From: Arthrobacter sulfonylureivorans
GTDB lineage: Bacteria; Actinomycetota; Actinomycetes; Actinomycetales; Micrococcaceae
DNA length: 32,000 bases
Direction: 5' to 3'
NCBI GenBank assembly: GCA_004000035.1
Contig: RJAE01000001.1
Span: 271,729-303,728, forward strand
The position numbers and the translations under genes are program-made. The notes beneath the pieces are model-generated. The model worked only from the letters and a program-made list of their open reading frames with translations, did not search any database and was not told the DNA's origin. Positions 15,829 through 23,739 of this stretch are shown piece by piece (position 1 is the first letter of the stretch; each line of letters starts with the position of its first letter).

Positions 15829-18800
15829 ATGTCGCGGTTCAGCTTCTTGGAGTGGCCCGTTGTACGGCAGCTCCGATCGGGTGATTCACTCGGGCGGGGC
15901 GAGGCCGTAACATCGCCGCGAACCCGCGACATCGCTCCCCGGACATCCACCGCGGACCGCGTGGTGCAAAGCGTGTGCCCCTACTGTGCGGTGGGATGCG
16001 GCCAACGCGTCTTCGTCAAGGACGAGAAGGTTGTCCAGATTGAAGGCGACCCGGATTCGCCGATTTCCCGTGGCCGGCTCTGCCCCAAGGGATCCGCCAG
16101 CGAGCAGTTGGTCAACGCGCCGAGCAGGCAGACGAAGGTGCTGTATCGGGCACCCCATGCCAAGGACTGGCAGCACCTTGACCTGGACACCGCCGTCGAC
16201 ATGGTGGCGGATAGGTTCCTCGCGGCACGCCGGAACAACTGGCAGCAAAACGATGAGCATGGTCGGCCGCTTCGGCGGACCATGGGCATCGCCGGCCTGG
16301 GTGGGGCAACCCTGGACAACGAAGAGAACTATCTGATCAAGAAGCTCTTCACCGCAGCGGGCGCCATCCAGCTCGAAAACCAGGCGCGTATTTGACACTC
16401 CGCCACGGTTCCCAGTTTGGGAACCTCCTTTGGACGCGGGGGAGCGACGCAATCGCTCCAGGACATGGCCAACGCCGACTGCATTGTTATCCAGGGCTCT
16501 AACATGGCCGAGTGCCATCCCGTCGGCTATCAGTGGGTGACGGAGGCCAAGGCGCGCGGCGCGAAGGTCATCCATGTGGATCCACGGTTCACCCGCACCA
16601 GTGCGGTGGCCGACAAACATGTTCCGATCCGCGCCGGTTCGGACATCGTTCTTCTGGGTGCCCTGATCAACCATGTGATCAGCAACGATCTGTGGTTCAA
16701 GGAATACGTTCTTGCCTATACGAACGCGGCGACGCTGGTGGGCGAGGACTTCCGTGACACGGAGGACCTGGACGGGCTGTTTTCCGGATTCGAACCTGAA
16801 ACGGGCCACTACAACCTGGCTTCCTGGGCTTATGAGCGGAAATCAGAGGAATCAGACGGTCACGGACACGAACACGGCGCGGATACCGCCGCCCGTGCTG
16901 CCGGGGACCAATACGGCAGCGGCGGCCCGCCTCTGGGGCGCCCGGATTTCGAGCAGGACCTCACCCTTGAGCACCCGCGGACGGTGTTCCAGATCCTGAA
17001 ACGCCACTATTCGCGCTACACCCCGGAAATGGTCCGGGACGCCTGCGGCATCTCCCTCGAGGACTTTGACTACCTCGCGCGGGCAGTCACGGAGAACTCC
17101 GGCCGCGAGCGGACCACCTGCTTTGCGTATGCCGTGGGCTGGACGCAGCACACGGTGGGGGCGCAGTACATCCGCACCGCGGCGATCCTGCAGCTCCTGC
17201 TGGGTAATGTGGGGCGGCCAGGCGGGGGAATCATGGCGCTGCGTGGCCATGCCAGCATTCAAGGTTCCACCGACATCCCGACACTTTTCAATCTGCTGCC
17301 CGGATACCTCCCCATGCCGAAGGCCGGAATTGAGACCCTGCGCGAATACTGCGACGGCATCGCATCCCCGGAGCAGAAGGGCTACTGGGCCGATGCCGAT
17401 GCCTACACCATCAGCTTGCTCAAGGCCTGGTGGGGTGACGCGGCCAACGAAGACTCGGACTGGGGCTATGGCTACCTGCCCCGGATCAACGGCCCGCACG
17501 GGACGTACCAGACAGTGATGAGCATGCTTGATGACGAGGTGGAGGGCTACTTCATCTTCGGCCAGAATCCCGCCGTCGGGTCCGCCAACGGCAGGATGCA
17601 GCGCCTTGGCATGTCCCATTTGAAATGGCTGGTGGTGCGTGACCTCAACCTCATCGAGTCGGCCACATGGTGGAAGGACGGTCCGGAGATCGCCTCCGGC
17701 GAACTGCGCACCGAAGACATCGGCACCGAGGTCTTCTTCTTGCCGGCCGCGACCCATGTGGAGAAGGCCGGCTCCTTCACGCAGACCCAGCGGCTGCTGC
17801 AATGGCGGCACCAGGCGGTCCGGCCGCCGGGTGACTGCCAGAGCGAACTGCAGTTCTTCTACGAACTGGGCAAGCGCCTCCGGGCCAAGCTGGCGGATTC
17901 GACCGATGAACGGGACCGGCCGCTGCTGGACCTGACCTGGGACTATCCCACCGACGAACAGGGCGAGCCCGACGGCGAGGCGGTGCTGGCCGAAATCAAC
18001 GGCCGGCATCTCACCGGTCCCAAAGCCGGCCAGCCCCTCTCGTCGTACACCGAGATGCGCCCCGACGGCTCGACGTCGGGCGGATGCTGGATCTATACCG
18101 GCGTCTACGCGGACGGCATTAACCACGCCGCGGACCGGAAGCCCGGGCAGGAACAGGGACCGGTTGCCTCCGAATGGGGCTGGGCATGGCCGGCCAACCG
18201 GCGCATCCTCTACAACCGCGCCTCGGCGGACCCCGAGGGCAAACCCTGGAGCGAACGCAAGAAGTACATGTGGTGGGACCAGGAGCGGAACCGGTGGACC
18301 GGCGAGGACGTCCCCGATTTCCCGCTGGACCGCGCTCCGGGAAGTCGTCCGGATATATCCGTGGGTGGTGCGGCGGCGCTGGCGGGGGACGACCCCTTCA
18401 TCATGCAAGCCGACGGCAAGGGATGGCTGTTCGCGCCGAAGGGCATGGTGGACGGCCCGCTGCCGACCCACTATGAGCCGCAGGAGTCCCCTGTGGCCAA
18501 CCCGCTCTACCGACAACAGCAGAACCCCGCCCGACTGATTTATCCGCGCGAAGACAACCTCAGTGCACCCAGCGCGGGCACGCGCGGGTCGGACATCTAC
18601 CCGTACGTCTTCACCACGTATCGCTTGACCGAACACCACACGGCCGGCGGGATGAGCCGGTGGCTGCCGTACCTCTCAGAGCTTCAGCCGGAGATGTTCT
18701 GCGAAGTGTCCCCGGAACTGGCGGCCGAACGTGGATTGGAACCCTACGGATGGGCAACAATCGTCTCGCCGCGGGCTGCCATCGAGGCCAGAGTACTGGT

Positions 18801-19128
18801 GACCGAGCGGGTCAGGCCATTGGTGGTGGGCGGCCGCACGTTGCACCAGATCGGGCTGCCCTACCACTGGGGAGTCGGCGGTGACGCCGTCGTCAGCGGC
18901 GACGCAGCCAACGATTTGCTGGGGGTGACACTGGATCCGAATGTGCAGATCCAGGAGTCCAAGGCCGGATCATGCGACATCATCCCAGGCCGGCGGCCGC
19001 AGGGACCGGAACTCCTCTCCTTGGTTGCCGACTATCAAGCCCGCGCCGGTGTAACGCCCGAGACCGGCAGCGACAAGGTCACCGACCCCAAACCGGTGTT
19101 GGGCGACGGCTCGACGAGGGAAGGCTAA
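15829..19128 (+). CDS. fdhA: Formate dehydrogenase alpha subunit, molybdopterin/selenocysteine-containing (TGA 16393-16395 read as Sec)
   Basis: The two track ORFs (15829-16395 and 16417-19128) are in the same frame and separated only by one TGA. The context ENQARI-U-HSATVPSLGTSFGRGGATQS matches the FdnG/FdoG Sec site (...NQARVUHGPTV... in E. coli, from memory). A CPYCAVGCG 4Fe-4S motif is present. A SECIS-like hairpin lies downstream and the sel genes are adjacent. Confidence 0.92.
16396..16425 (+). promoter_or_regulatory. Candidate bacterial SECIS element (11-nt spacer plus apical hairpin)
   Basis: After UGA come 11 nt (CACUCCGCCAC), then GGUUCCC-AGUUU-GGGAACC (16407-16425). This is a perfect 7-bp stem with a loop containing GU. 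The 11-nt spacing and the GGUU stem start parallel the E. coli fdhF minimal SECIS. Confidence 0.7.
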
Positions 19129-20127
19129 ATGAACAAGCTGACCGAAGCTCCCGGACACATTCCGCACACGGGACACCCGCGAAAGGGCTTTTTCACCGAC
19201 ACCTCGATCTGCATCGGCTGCAAAGCGTGCGAAGTGGCCTGCAAGGAATGGAACCGCAACCCCCACAACTCGGAGTACGAACTCCTTGAGTCCTCCTACG
19301 ACAATACCGGCGCGTTGGGAGCCGATACCTGGCGCCATGTCGCCTTCATCGAGCAGGACCGCGAGCACATCGAAAAGGCACGAGACTCCGGACGGGCGCT
19401 CGTCAGCCTCGGCATGCCTGGCCTCGGACCGCCGGGAAACTCCGACGCCGCGGGGAAGCCGTCCGGCGTGGATACGACGCCACCCGAAACGCCCGATTTC
19501 AGGTGGCTGATGTCCTCCGATGTGTGCAAGCACTGCACCAACGCCGGGTGCCTCGATGTGTGCCCGACCGGTGCACTGTTCCGCACCGAGCACGGCACCG
19601 TTGTGGTGCAGGACGATGTCTGCAATGGGTGCGGCACCTGCGTGGCAGGGTGCCCGTTCGGCGTCATCGAGCGGCGCAGCGATGGCACGGCGGGGGTGAA
19701 GGCAGAGCGCGACTTCACCCCGGGGGAGCAGGCTCCGACCCGCAACGTAGGCGTCGCCCAGAAATGCACGCTGTGCTACGACCGGATGGTTGATGGCCAG
19801 ACGCCCGCGTGTGCCCAGGCCTGCCCGACGACGTCGATCAAGTACGGCGAGCGCGAGGAGTTGGTGAGCACTGCGAGACAGCGGGTTGCCGAACTGCACG
19901 CGCAGGGACTGACCGAGGCGCGCCTCTACGGGGCCAACGACGCCGACGGGGTCGGTGGCACCGGTTCCGTGTTCCTGCTGCTGGATGAGCCGGAGGTGTA
20001 CGGTCTGCCGCCGGATCCGCGCGTTCCCACCGCCGACTTGCCACGGATGTTCAAGCGGGCGGGAATCGCTGCGGCCGGCATGCTGGCCGCGACCGCAGCA
20101 GCCTTCTTGGCTGGAGGCCGCCGTTGA
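19129..20127 (+). CDS. fdhB: Formate dehydrogenase beta subunit (4x[4Fe-4S] ferredoxin, FdnH-like) with C-terminal membrane anchor
   Basis: Cys clusters CIGCKACEVACKEWN, CKHCTNAGCLDVCP, CNGCGTCVAGCP and CTLCYDR...CAQACP. C-terminal hydrophobic tail AGIAAAGMLAATAAAFLAGG. The ATG directly follows the fdhA TAA. Confidence 0.92.
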   Translation: MNKLTEAPGHIPHTGHPRKGFFTDTSICIGCKACEVACKEWNRNPHNSEYELLESSYDNTGALGADTWRHVAFIEQDREHIEKARDSGRALVSLGMPGLGPPGNSDAAGKPSGVDTTPPETPDFRWLMSSDVCKHCTNAGCLDVCPTGALFRTEHGTVVVQDDVCNGCGTCVAGCPFGVIERRSDGTAGVKAERDFTPGEQAPTRNVGVAQKCTLCYDRMVDGQTPACAQACPTTSIKYGEREELVSTARQRVAELHAQGLTEARLYGANDADGVGGTGSVFLLLDEPEVYGLPPDPRVPTADLPRMFKRAGIAAAGMLAATAAAFLAGGRR

Positions 20128-21206
20128 CCGTCTCCGACTTCGACAACTACCGCCCGCCCGAACCGCCACGCCGGTCCAGGCGCGGAGGCAAGCGGCGGCG
20201 CGTTGGAACAGGGGACGGCTCCGGCGAAATGCCAATGGTGCCGGAGCCGGAGTTCGCCTCCTACTACGGCCGGCCCGTGGTCAAACCGCCGCCATGGGGC
20301 GACCCGATCGGCGCCTACCTCTTCCTGGGCGGCGTGGCCGGCGGCTCGGCGCTGCTTGGACTCGGCGGGCAGCTCACGGGCAGGCCGGTGCTGTGCCGCA
20401 ACAGCCGTCTGGCCGCCCTCACATCGGTGGGGATTGGTGCTGCCGCGTTGGTTGCCGATTTGGGCCGGCCGGAACGATTCCTCAACATGCTGCGCACCAT
20501 CAAGCCCACGTCTCCTATGAGCCTTGGCTCCTGGATCCTCGCGGCGTTCAGCGCCGGCGTCGGGATCTCGGCAGCTTCCGAGATAGACCGCCTGACCGGG
20601 TCACGGCTTCCGCTGGGGCCGCTGCGCAGGATGCTGCGCGCGGTTGAGGGGCCGGCGGGCGTGGAGGCGGCGTTGTTCGCAACCCCGCTCTCCGCCTACA
20701 CCGCCGTTCTGCTGTCGGACACCGCCAACCCGACGTGGAACGCGGCGCGCGAAGATCTGCCCTTCGTCTTCGTGGGTTCTGCCAGCCTCGCCGCGGCCGG
20801 TCTTGCCATGATCACCACGCCCGTCCAGGAAGCCGGGCCCGCTCGCGCGCTGGCGGTACTGGGAGTAGCCGTTGATGTGATCGCCATGCGGGTTATGGAA
20901 AACCGGATGGACCCGGTGGCTGCCGAACCCCTCCGCGAGGGTGCTCCCGGGCGAATGCTCACTTGGAGTCAGCGGCTGGCCGTGGCCGGCGGCATCGGCG
21001 TCCTGGCCGGGGGCCGGCACCGGCCGGTGGCGGCCGCCTGCGGCCTGGCGCTGCTGACCGCCTCGGCGCTGACCCGGTTCGGAATTCTGCGTGCCGGCAT
21101 CCGCTCGACCGAGGACCCCCGGTACACGATCGAACCGCAGAAGAAGCGGCTCGCGGCGCGGCGCCAAGCCGGCATCGTCGACGATTCGATCACGACCGCC
21201 GGATAA
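20124..21206 (+). CDS. NrfD/PsrC-family polytopic membrane subunit (quinone-interacting anchor of the FDH)
   Basis: Several Gly/Ala-rich TM helices (e.g. GAYLFLGGVAGGSALLGLGG), typical of NrfD-like anchors of CISM enzymes. The TTG start at 20124 overlaps the fdhB TGA, with GGAGG 6 nt upstream. An alternative ATG is at 20229. Confidence 0.85.
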   Translation: MTVSDFDNYRPPEPPRRSRRGGKRRRVGTGDGSGEMPMVPEPEFASYYGRPVVKPPPWGDPIGAYLFLGGVAGGSALLGLGGQLTGRPVLCRNSRLAALTSVGIGAAALVADLGRPERFLNMLRTIKPTSPMSLGSWILAAFSAGVGISAASEIDRLTGSRLPLGPLRRMLRAVEGPAGVEAALFATPLSAYTAVLLSDTANPTWNAAREDLPFVFVGSASLAAAGLAMITTPVQEAGPARALAVLGVAVDVIAMRVMENRMDPVAAEPLREGAPGRMLTWSQRLAVAGGIGVLAGGRHRPVAAACGLALLTASALTRFGILRAGIRSTEDPRYTIEPQKKRLAARRQAGIVDDSITTAG

Positions 21207-21218
21207 GCCGGGAGACGT

Positions 21219-22232
21219 TTAGCGGACTTCGATCCCGGACCCGGCAACGGTCTGCCCGACTACTGGGTGCCCCGGCAGCTCTCCAACCACGAGCAGGCCG
21301 CCCGACGTCTGCGCATCGGCCAGCATCAGCAGGTCGTCTTCGGTGATTCCTGCTCCCGGGCGCAGGTGCGGGCGCACCCAGTCGAGATTGCGCCGGGTGC
21401 CTCCGGAGATGTAGCCGTCCCGGAGCGCTTCCCGTGCGCCGGCGACGAGGGGCACCGCAGCGCGGTCGATCACCGCACCCACCCGGGACGCACGGCACAT
21501 CTTGTAGAGGTGGCCGAGTAAACCGAAGCCGGTGACGTCGGTTGCCGCGCGGACGCCACTGCGCAGCGCGGCGTCCGCGGCGTCCCGGTTCAACTGCGTC
21601 ATCACGGCGATCGCCTCGTCGAAGACCTCGCCGGTCTGCTTGTGCCGGTTGTTGAGCAGGCCCAGGCCGATCGGCTTGGTCAGCGTGATCGGCAGCCCGG
21701 GCCTGGCTGCGTCGTTGCGCAGGAGCTGTGCCGGCGCGGCGATTCCGGTCACCGCCATCCCGTACTTCGGTTCCGGGTCGTCGACCGAGTGCCCGCCGGT
21801 CACCGGACACGCCGCCTCCGAGGCTAAATCCAGCCCACCTCGCAGCACTTCGGTCAGCAGTTCCATCGGCAGGACGCCGCGGGGCCAACCGACCAGGTTG
21901 ATCGCGCTGATCGGACGCCCGCCCATGGCATAGATATCGGAGAGGGCGTTCGCCGCCGCAATCCTGCCCCAGTCGTAGGCATCGTCCACCACGGGAGTGA
22001 AGAAGTCCGCCGTCGAAAGCACTGCGAGATCCTTACCTACCTGGACGGCGGACGCGTCGTCGCCATCGTCAAGCCCGACCAGGACGCCGGGGCCAGCCTG
22101 GCCGGTCAGGCCGCGGACAACGTCCTCGAGTTCACCGGGCGGGATCTTGCACGCACAGCCTCCGCCGTGCGCGTAGGTTGTGAGCCGGACGGCTTCCGCA
22201 GGTTCTTCCATCACGCCGGTGATCGCGTTCAT
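21219..22232 (-). CDS. selD: Selenide, water dikinase (selenophosphate synthetase), Cys-type
   Basis: RLTTYAHGGGCACKIPPGELE is the N-terminal Gly-rich loop, with Cys where some SelD carry Sec. An AIR-synthase-like fold pattern follows (GLDDGDDASAV, ALSDIYAMGG, GGHSVDDPEPKYG). Start uncertain: ATG 22232, ATG 22211 or GTG 22271. Confidence 0.9.
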   Translation of the reverse strand: MNAITGVMEEPAEAVRLTTYAHGGGCACKIPPGELEDVVRGLTGQAGPGVLVGLDDGDDASAVQVGKDLAVLSTADFFTPVVDDAYDWGRIAAANALSDIYAMGGRPISAINLVGWPRGVLPMELLTEVLRGGLDLASEAACPVTGGHSVDDPEPKYGMAVTGIAAPAQLLRNDAARPGLPITLTKPIGLGLLNNRHKQTGEVFDEAIAVMTQLNRDAADAALRSGVRAATDVTGFGLLGHLYKMCRASRVGAVIDRAAVPLVAGAREALRDGYISGGTRRNLDWVRPHLRPGAGITEDDLLMLADAQTSGGLLVVGELPGHPVVGQTVAGSGIEVR

Positions 22233-22258
22233 GGGTCCAGCATAGGAGCGGCGGGCGA

Positions 22259-22267
22259 TGTTAGCAT
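22259..22267 (+). promoter_or_regulatory. Putative extended -10 promoter element for selC(-selA-selB)
   Basis: TGtTAGCAT (TGn + TANNNT) ends 6 nt upstream of the first tRNA-Sec nucleotide (22274). No convincing -35 element. This is sequence inspection only. Confidence 0.3.
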
Positions 22268-22273
22268 GCACTT

Positions 22274-22368
22274 GGAGGCGTCCGGGTCCTGGTGGGCCCC
22301 CCGGTCTTCAAAACCGGTGAGACCGAGTACCTCGGTCTGGCGGGTTCGATTCCCGTCCGCCTCCGCCA
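22274..22368 (+). tRNA. selC: tRNA-Sec (anticodon UCA), 95 nt with encoded CCA
   Basis: Hand-folded. Acceptor GGAGGCG(T)/(C)CGCCTCC. 6-bp D-stem GGGTCC/GGGCCC with 4-nt loop TGGT. Anticodon stem CCGGT/ACCGG with loop CTTCAAA. Long variable arm AGACCGAG-TAC-CTCGGTCT. 5-bp T-stem GCGGG/CCCGT with loop TTCGATT. Discriminator G plus CCA. The 8/5-type layout aligns with E. coli selC. Confidence 0.93.
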
Positions 22369-22406
22369 GCTGCCGCAGTTGATGGTGACGCGGGGAAGGA
22401 GGGTCC

Positions 22407-23738
22407 GTGGGCCAGAACGACCCGCGCCGGCAGATTCCGCGCACCGACCAGTTGCTCGCCCACCCGGAGCTTCGCCACGCACGCAGCCGGCTCGGCGACG
22501 ACGTGATCCGTTCTACCGTGCGCGACGTGCAAGAACAGGCCCGCCGCGGCGACCTTGCCCCGGGAGACGTGGAAGCGAAGGTCCTGGCCGCGGTAGCTTA
22601 CCGCGCAGCCTCCTCGCTCAGGCCGGTACTCAACGCCACCGGGGTCATCGTCCATACGAATCTAGGACGCGCTCCGCTCTCCGGCTCCGCCCGGCAAGCG
22701 CTGATCTCGGCGGCAGGTTATGTCGACGTCGAAATGGACTTGCCCACCGGCGGGCGATCGCGGCGCGGGGCCGGTGCGCGGCAGGCTCTGCTGGACGTCT
22801 GTCCGGCTGCCGAAGAAGCCCTGGTGGTGAACAATGGCGCCGCGGCCCTGGTGCTGGCCACCACCGCGCTCGCCGGTGCCGGCGAAGTAGTGATCAGCCG
22901 CGGTGAGCTCGTCGAGATCGGGGCCGGCTTCAGGCTTCCCGAGCTGATTGAATCGACCGGTGCCCGCTTGCGCGAAGTAGGGACCACCAACCGGACGCAC
23001 CTGGCGGATTACGCTGCGGCCATCGGCACGCAAACCGGTTGCCTGCTCAAGGTGCACCCCAGCAATTTCCGGGTCAGCGGGTTTACCTCGGGCGTCGGCA
23101 TCGGCCAGCTACGCTCCCTGGCCGACGAACATCAGGTTCCCTTGGTCGTAGATCTCGGCAGCGGCCTGCTCGCACCGGACCCGATGCTGCCTGGGGAACC
23201 AGACATCTCCGGTGCGCTGGCCGCTGGAGCCGACGTCGTCATCGCCAGCGGGGACAAACTTCTGGGCGGCCCCCAAGCAGGACTGGTCTTGGGCCGTGCC
23301 GAAGTGATGGCCCGGCTGGCCCGCCATCCCTTGGCGCGGGCGGTGCGGGCGGACAAGCTGACTCTGGCCGCATTGGAAGCGACCATCACCGGCGAACCGA
23401 CGCCGGTGACGGCTGCGCTGCACGCCGACCCCGTTCGGCTACGCGAACGCGCGGAACGACTGGCGGCCGCCACCGGGGGCCGGGTGGTCCAGCATGACGG
23501 AAGGGTCGGAGGCGGGGGAGCGCCCGGGGTTCCGCTGCCGGGCTGGGCAGTCCAACTGCCCGAACCGGTCGCCCGGCGGCTGCGCACGGGGGACCCGGTT
23601 GTGTTGCCACGGGTCCACGGCGGCGCCTGCCTGATCGACCTGCGCTGCGTGCCGGAGGCCGAGGACGAGCGGCTGGCTGCGGCCGTTCGTGCTGCACTGG
23701 CGCACGTCCATGACGGGCCGAGAGCCGCAGGCACCTGA
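22407..23738 (+). CDS. selA: L-seryl-tRNA(Sec) selenium transferase
   Basis: GTG start with GGAAGGAGG upstream. LRPVLNATGVIVHTNLGRAPL and SGDKLLGGPQAG (PLP-lysine region) are SelA hallmarks. It lies directly after selC. Confidence 0.93.
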   Translation: MGQNDPRRQIPRTDQLLAHPELRHARSRLGDDVIRSTVRDVQEQARRGDLAPGDVEAKVLAAVAYRAASSLRPVLNATGVIVHTNLGRAPLSGSARQALISAAGYVDVEMDLPTGGRSRRGAGARQALLDVCPAAEEALVVNNGAAALVLATTALAGAGEVVISRGELVEIGAGFRLPELIESTGARLREVGTTNRTHLADYAAAIGTQTGCLLKVHPSNFRVSGFTSGVGIGQLRSLADEHQVPLVVDLGSGLLAPDPMLPGEPDISGALAAGADVVIASGDKLLGGPQAGLVLGRAEVMARLARHPLARAVRADKLTLAALEATITGEPTPVTAALHADPVRLRERAERLAAATGGRVVQHDGRVGGGGAPGVPLPGWAVQLPEPVARRLRTGDPVVLPRVHGGACLIDLRCVPEAEDERLAAAVRAALAHVHDGPRAAGT

Positions 23739-23739
23739 G

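Noticed and set aside
16852-18639. 595-aa minus-strand ORF. Similar long antisense or off-frame ORFs occur at 2702-3850(-), 5321-6259(-), 10090-11253(-), 13439-14413(+), 18970-20235(-) and 24274-25512(-), among many shorter ones
   Set aside because: Each lies entirely antisense or out of frame to a gene with clear family motifs. Their translations are Arg/Gly/Pro/Ala-rich with no motifs. This is the usual stop-codon-poor shadow-ORF artefact of high-GC DNA.
15829-19128. fdhA appearing as two ORFs (15829-16395 and 16417-19128), i.e. a possible pseudogene or two separate genes
   Set aside because: Both parts are in one frame, separated by a single TGA in the conserved Sec active-site context. 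A SECIS-like hairpin follows and selABCD lie adjacent, so this is recoding, not disruption.
22274-22368. tRNA-Sec as an integration site of a genomic island carrying the sel or fdh genes
   Set aside because: No integrase or recombinase gene is present, I could not spot a direct repeat of the tRNA 3' end elsewhere in the window, and there is no obvious compositional break. Whole-genome comparison would be needed.
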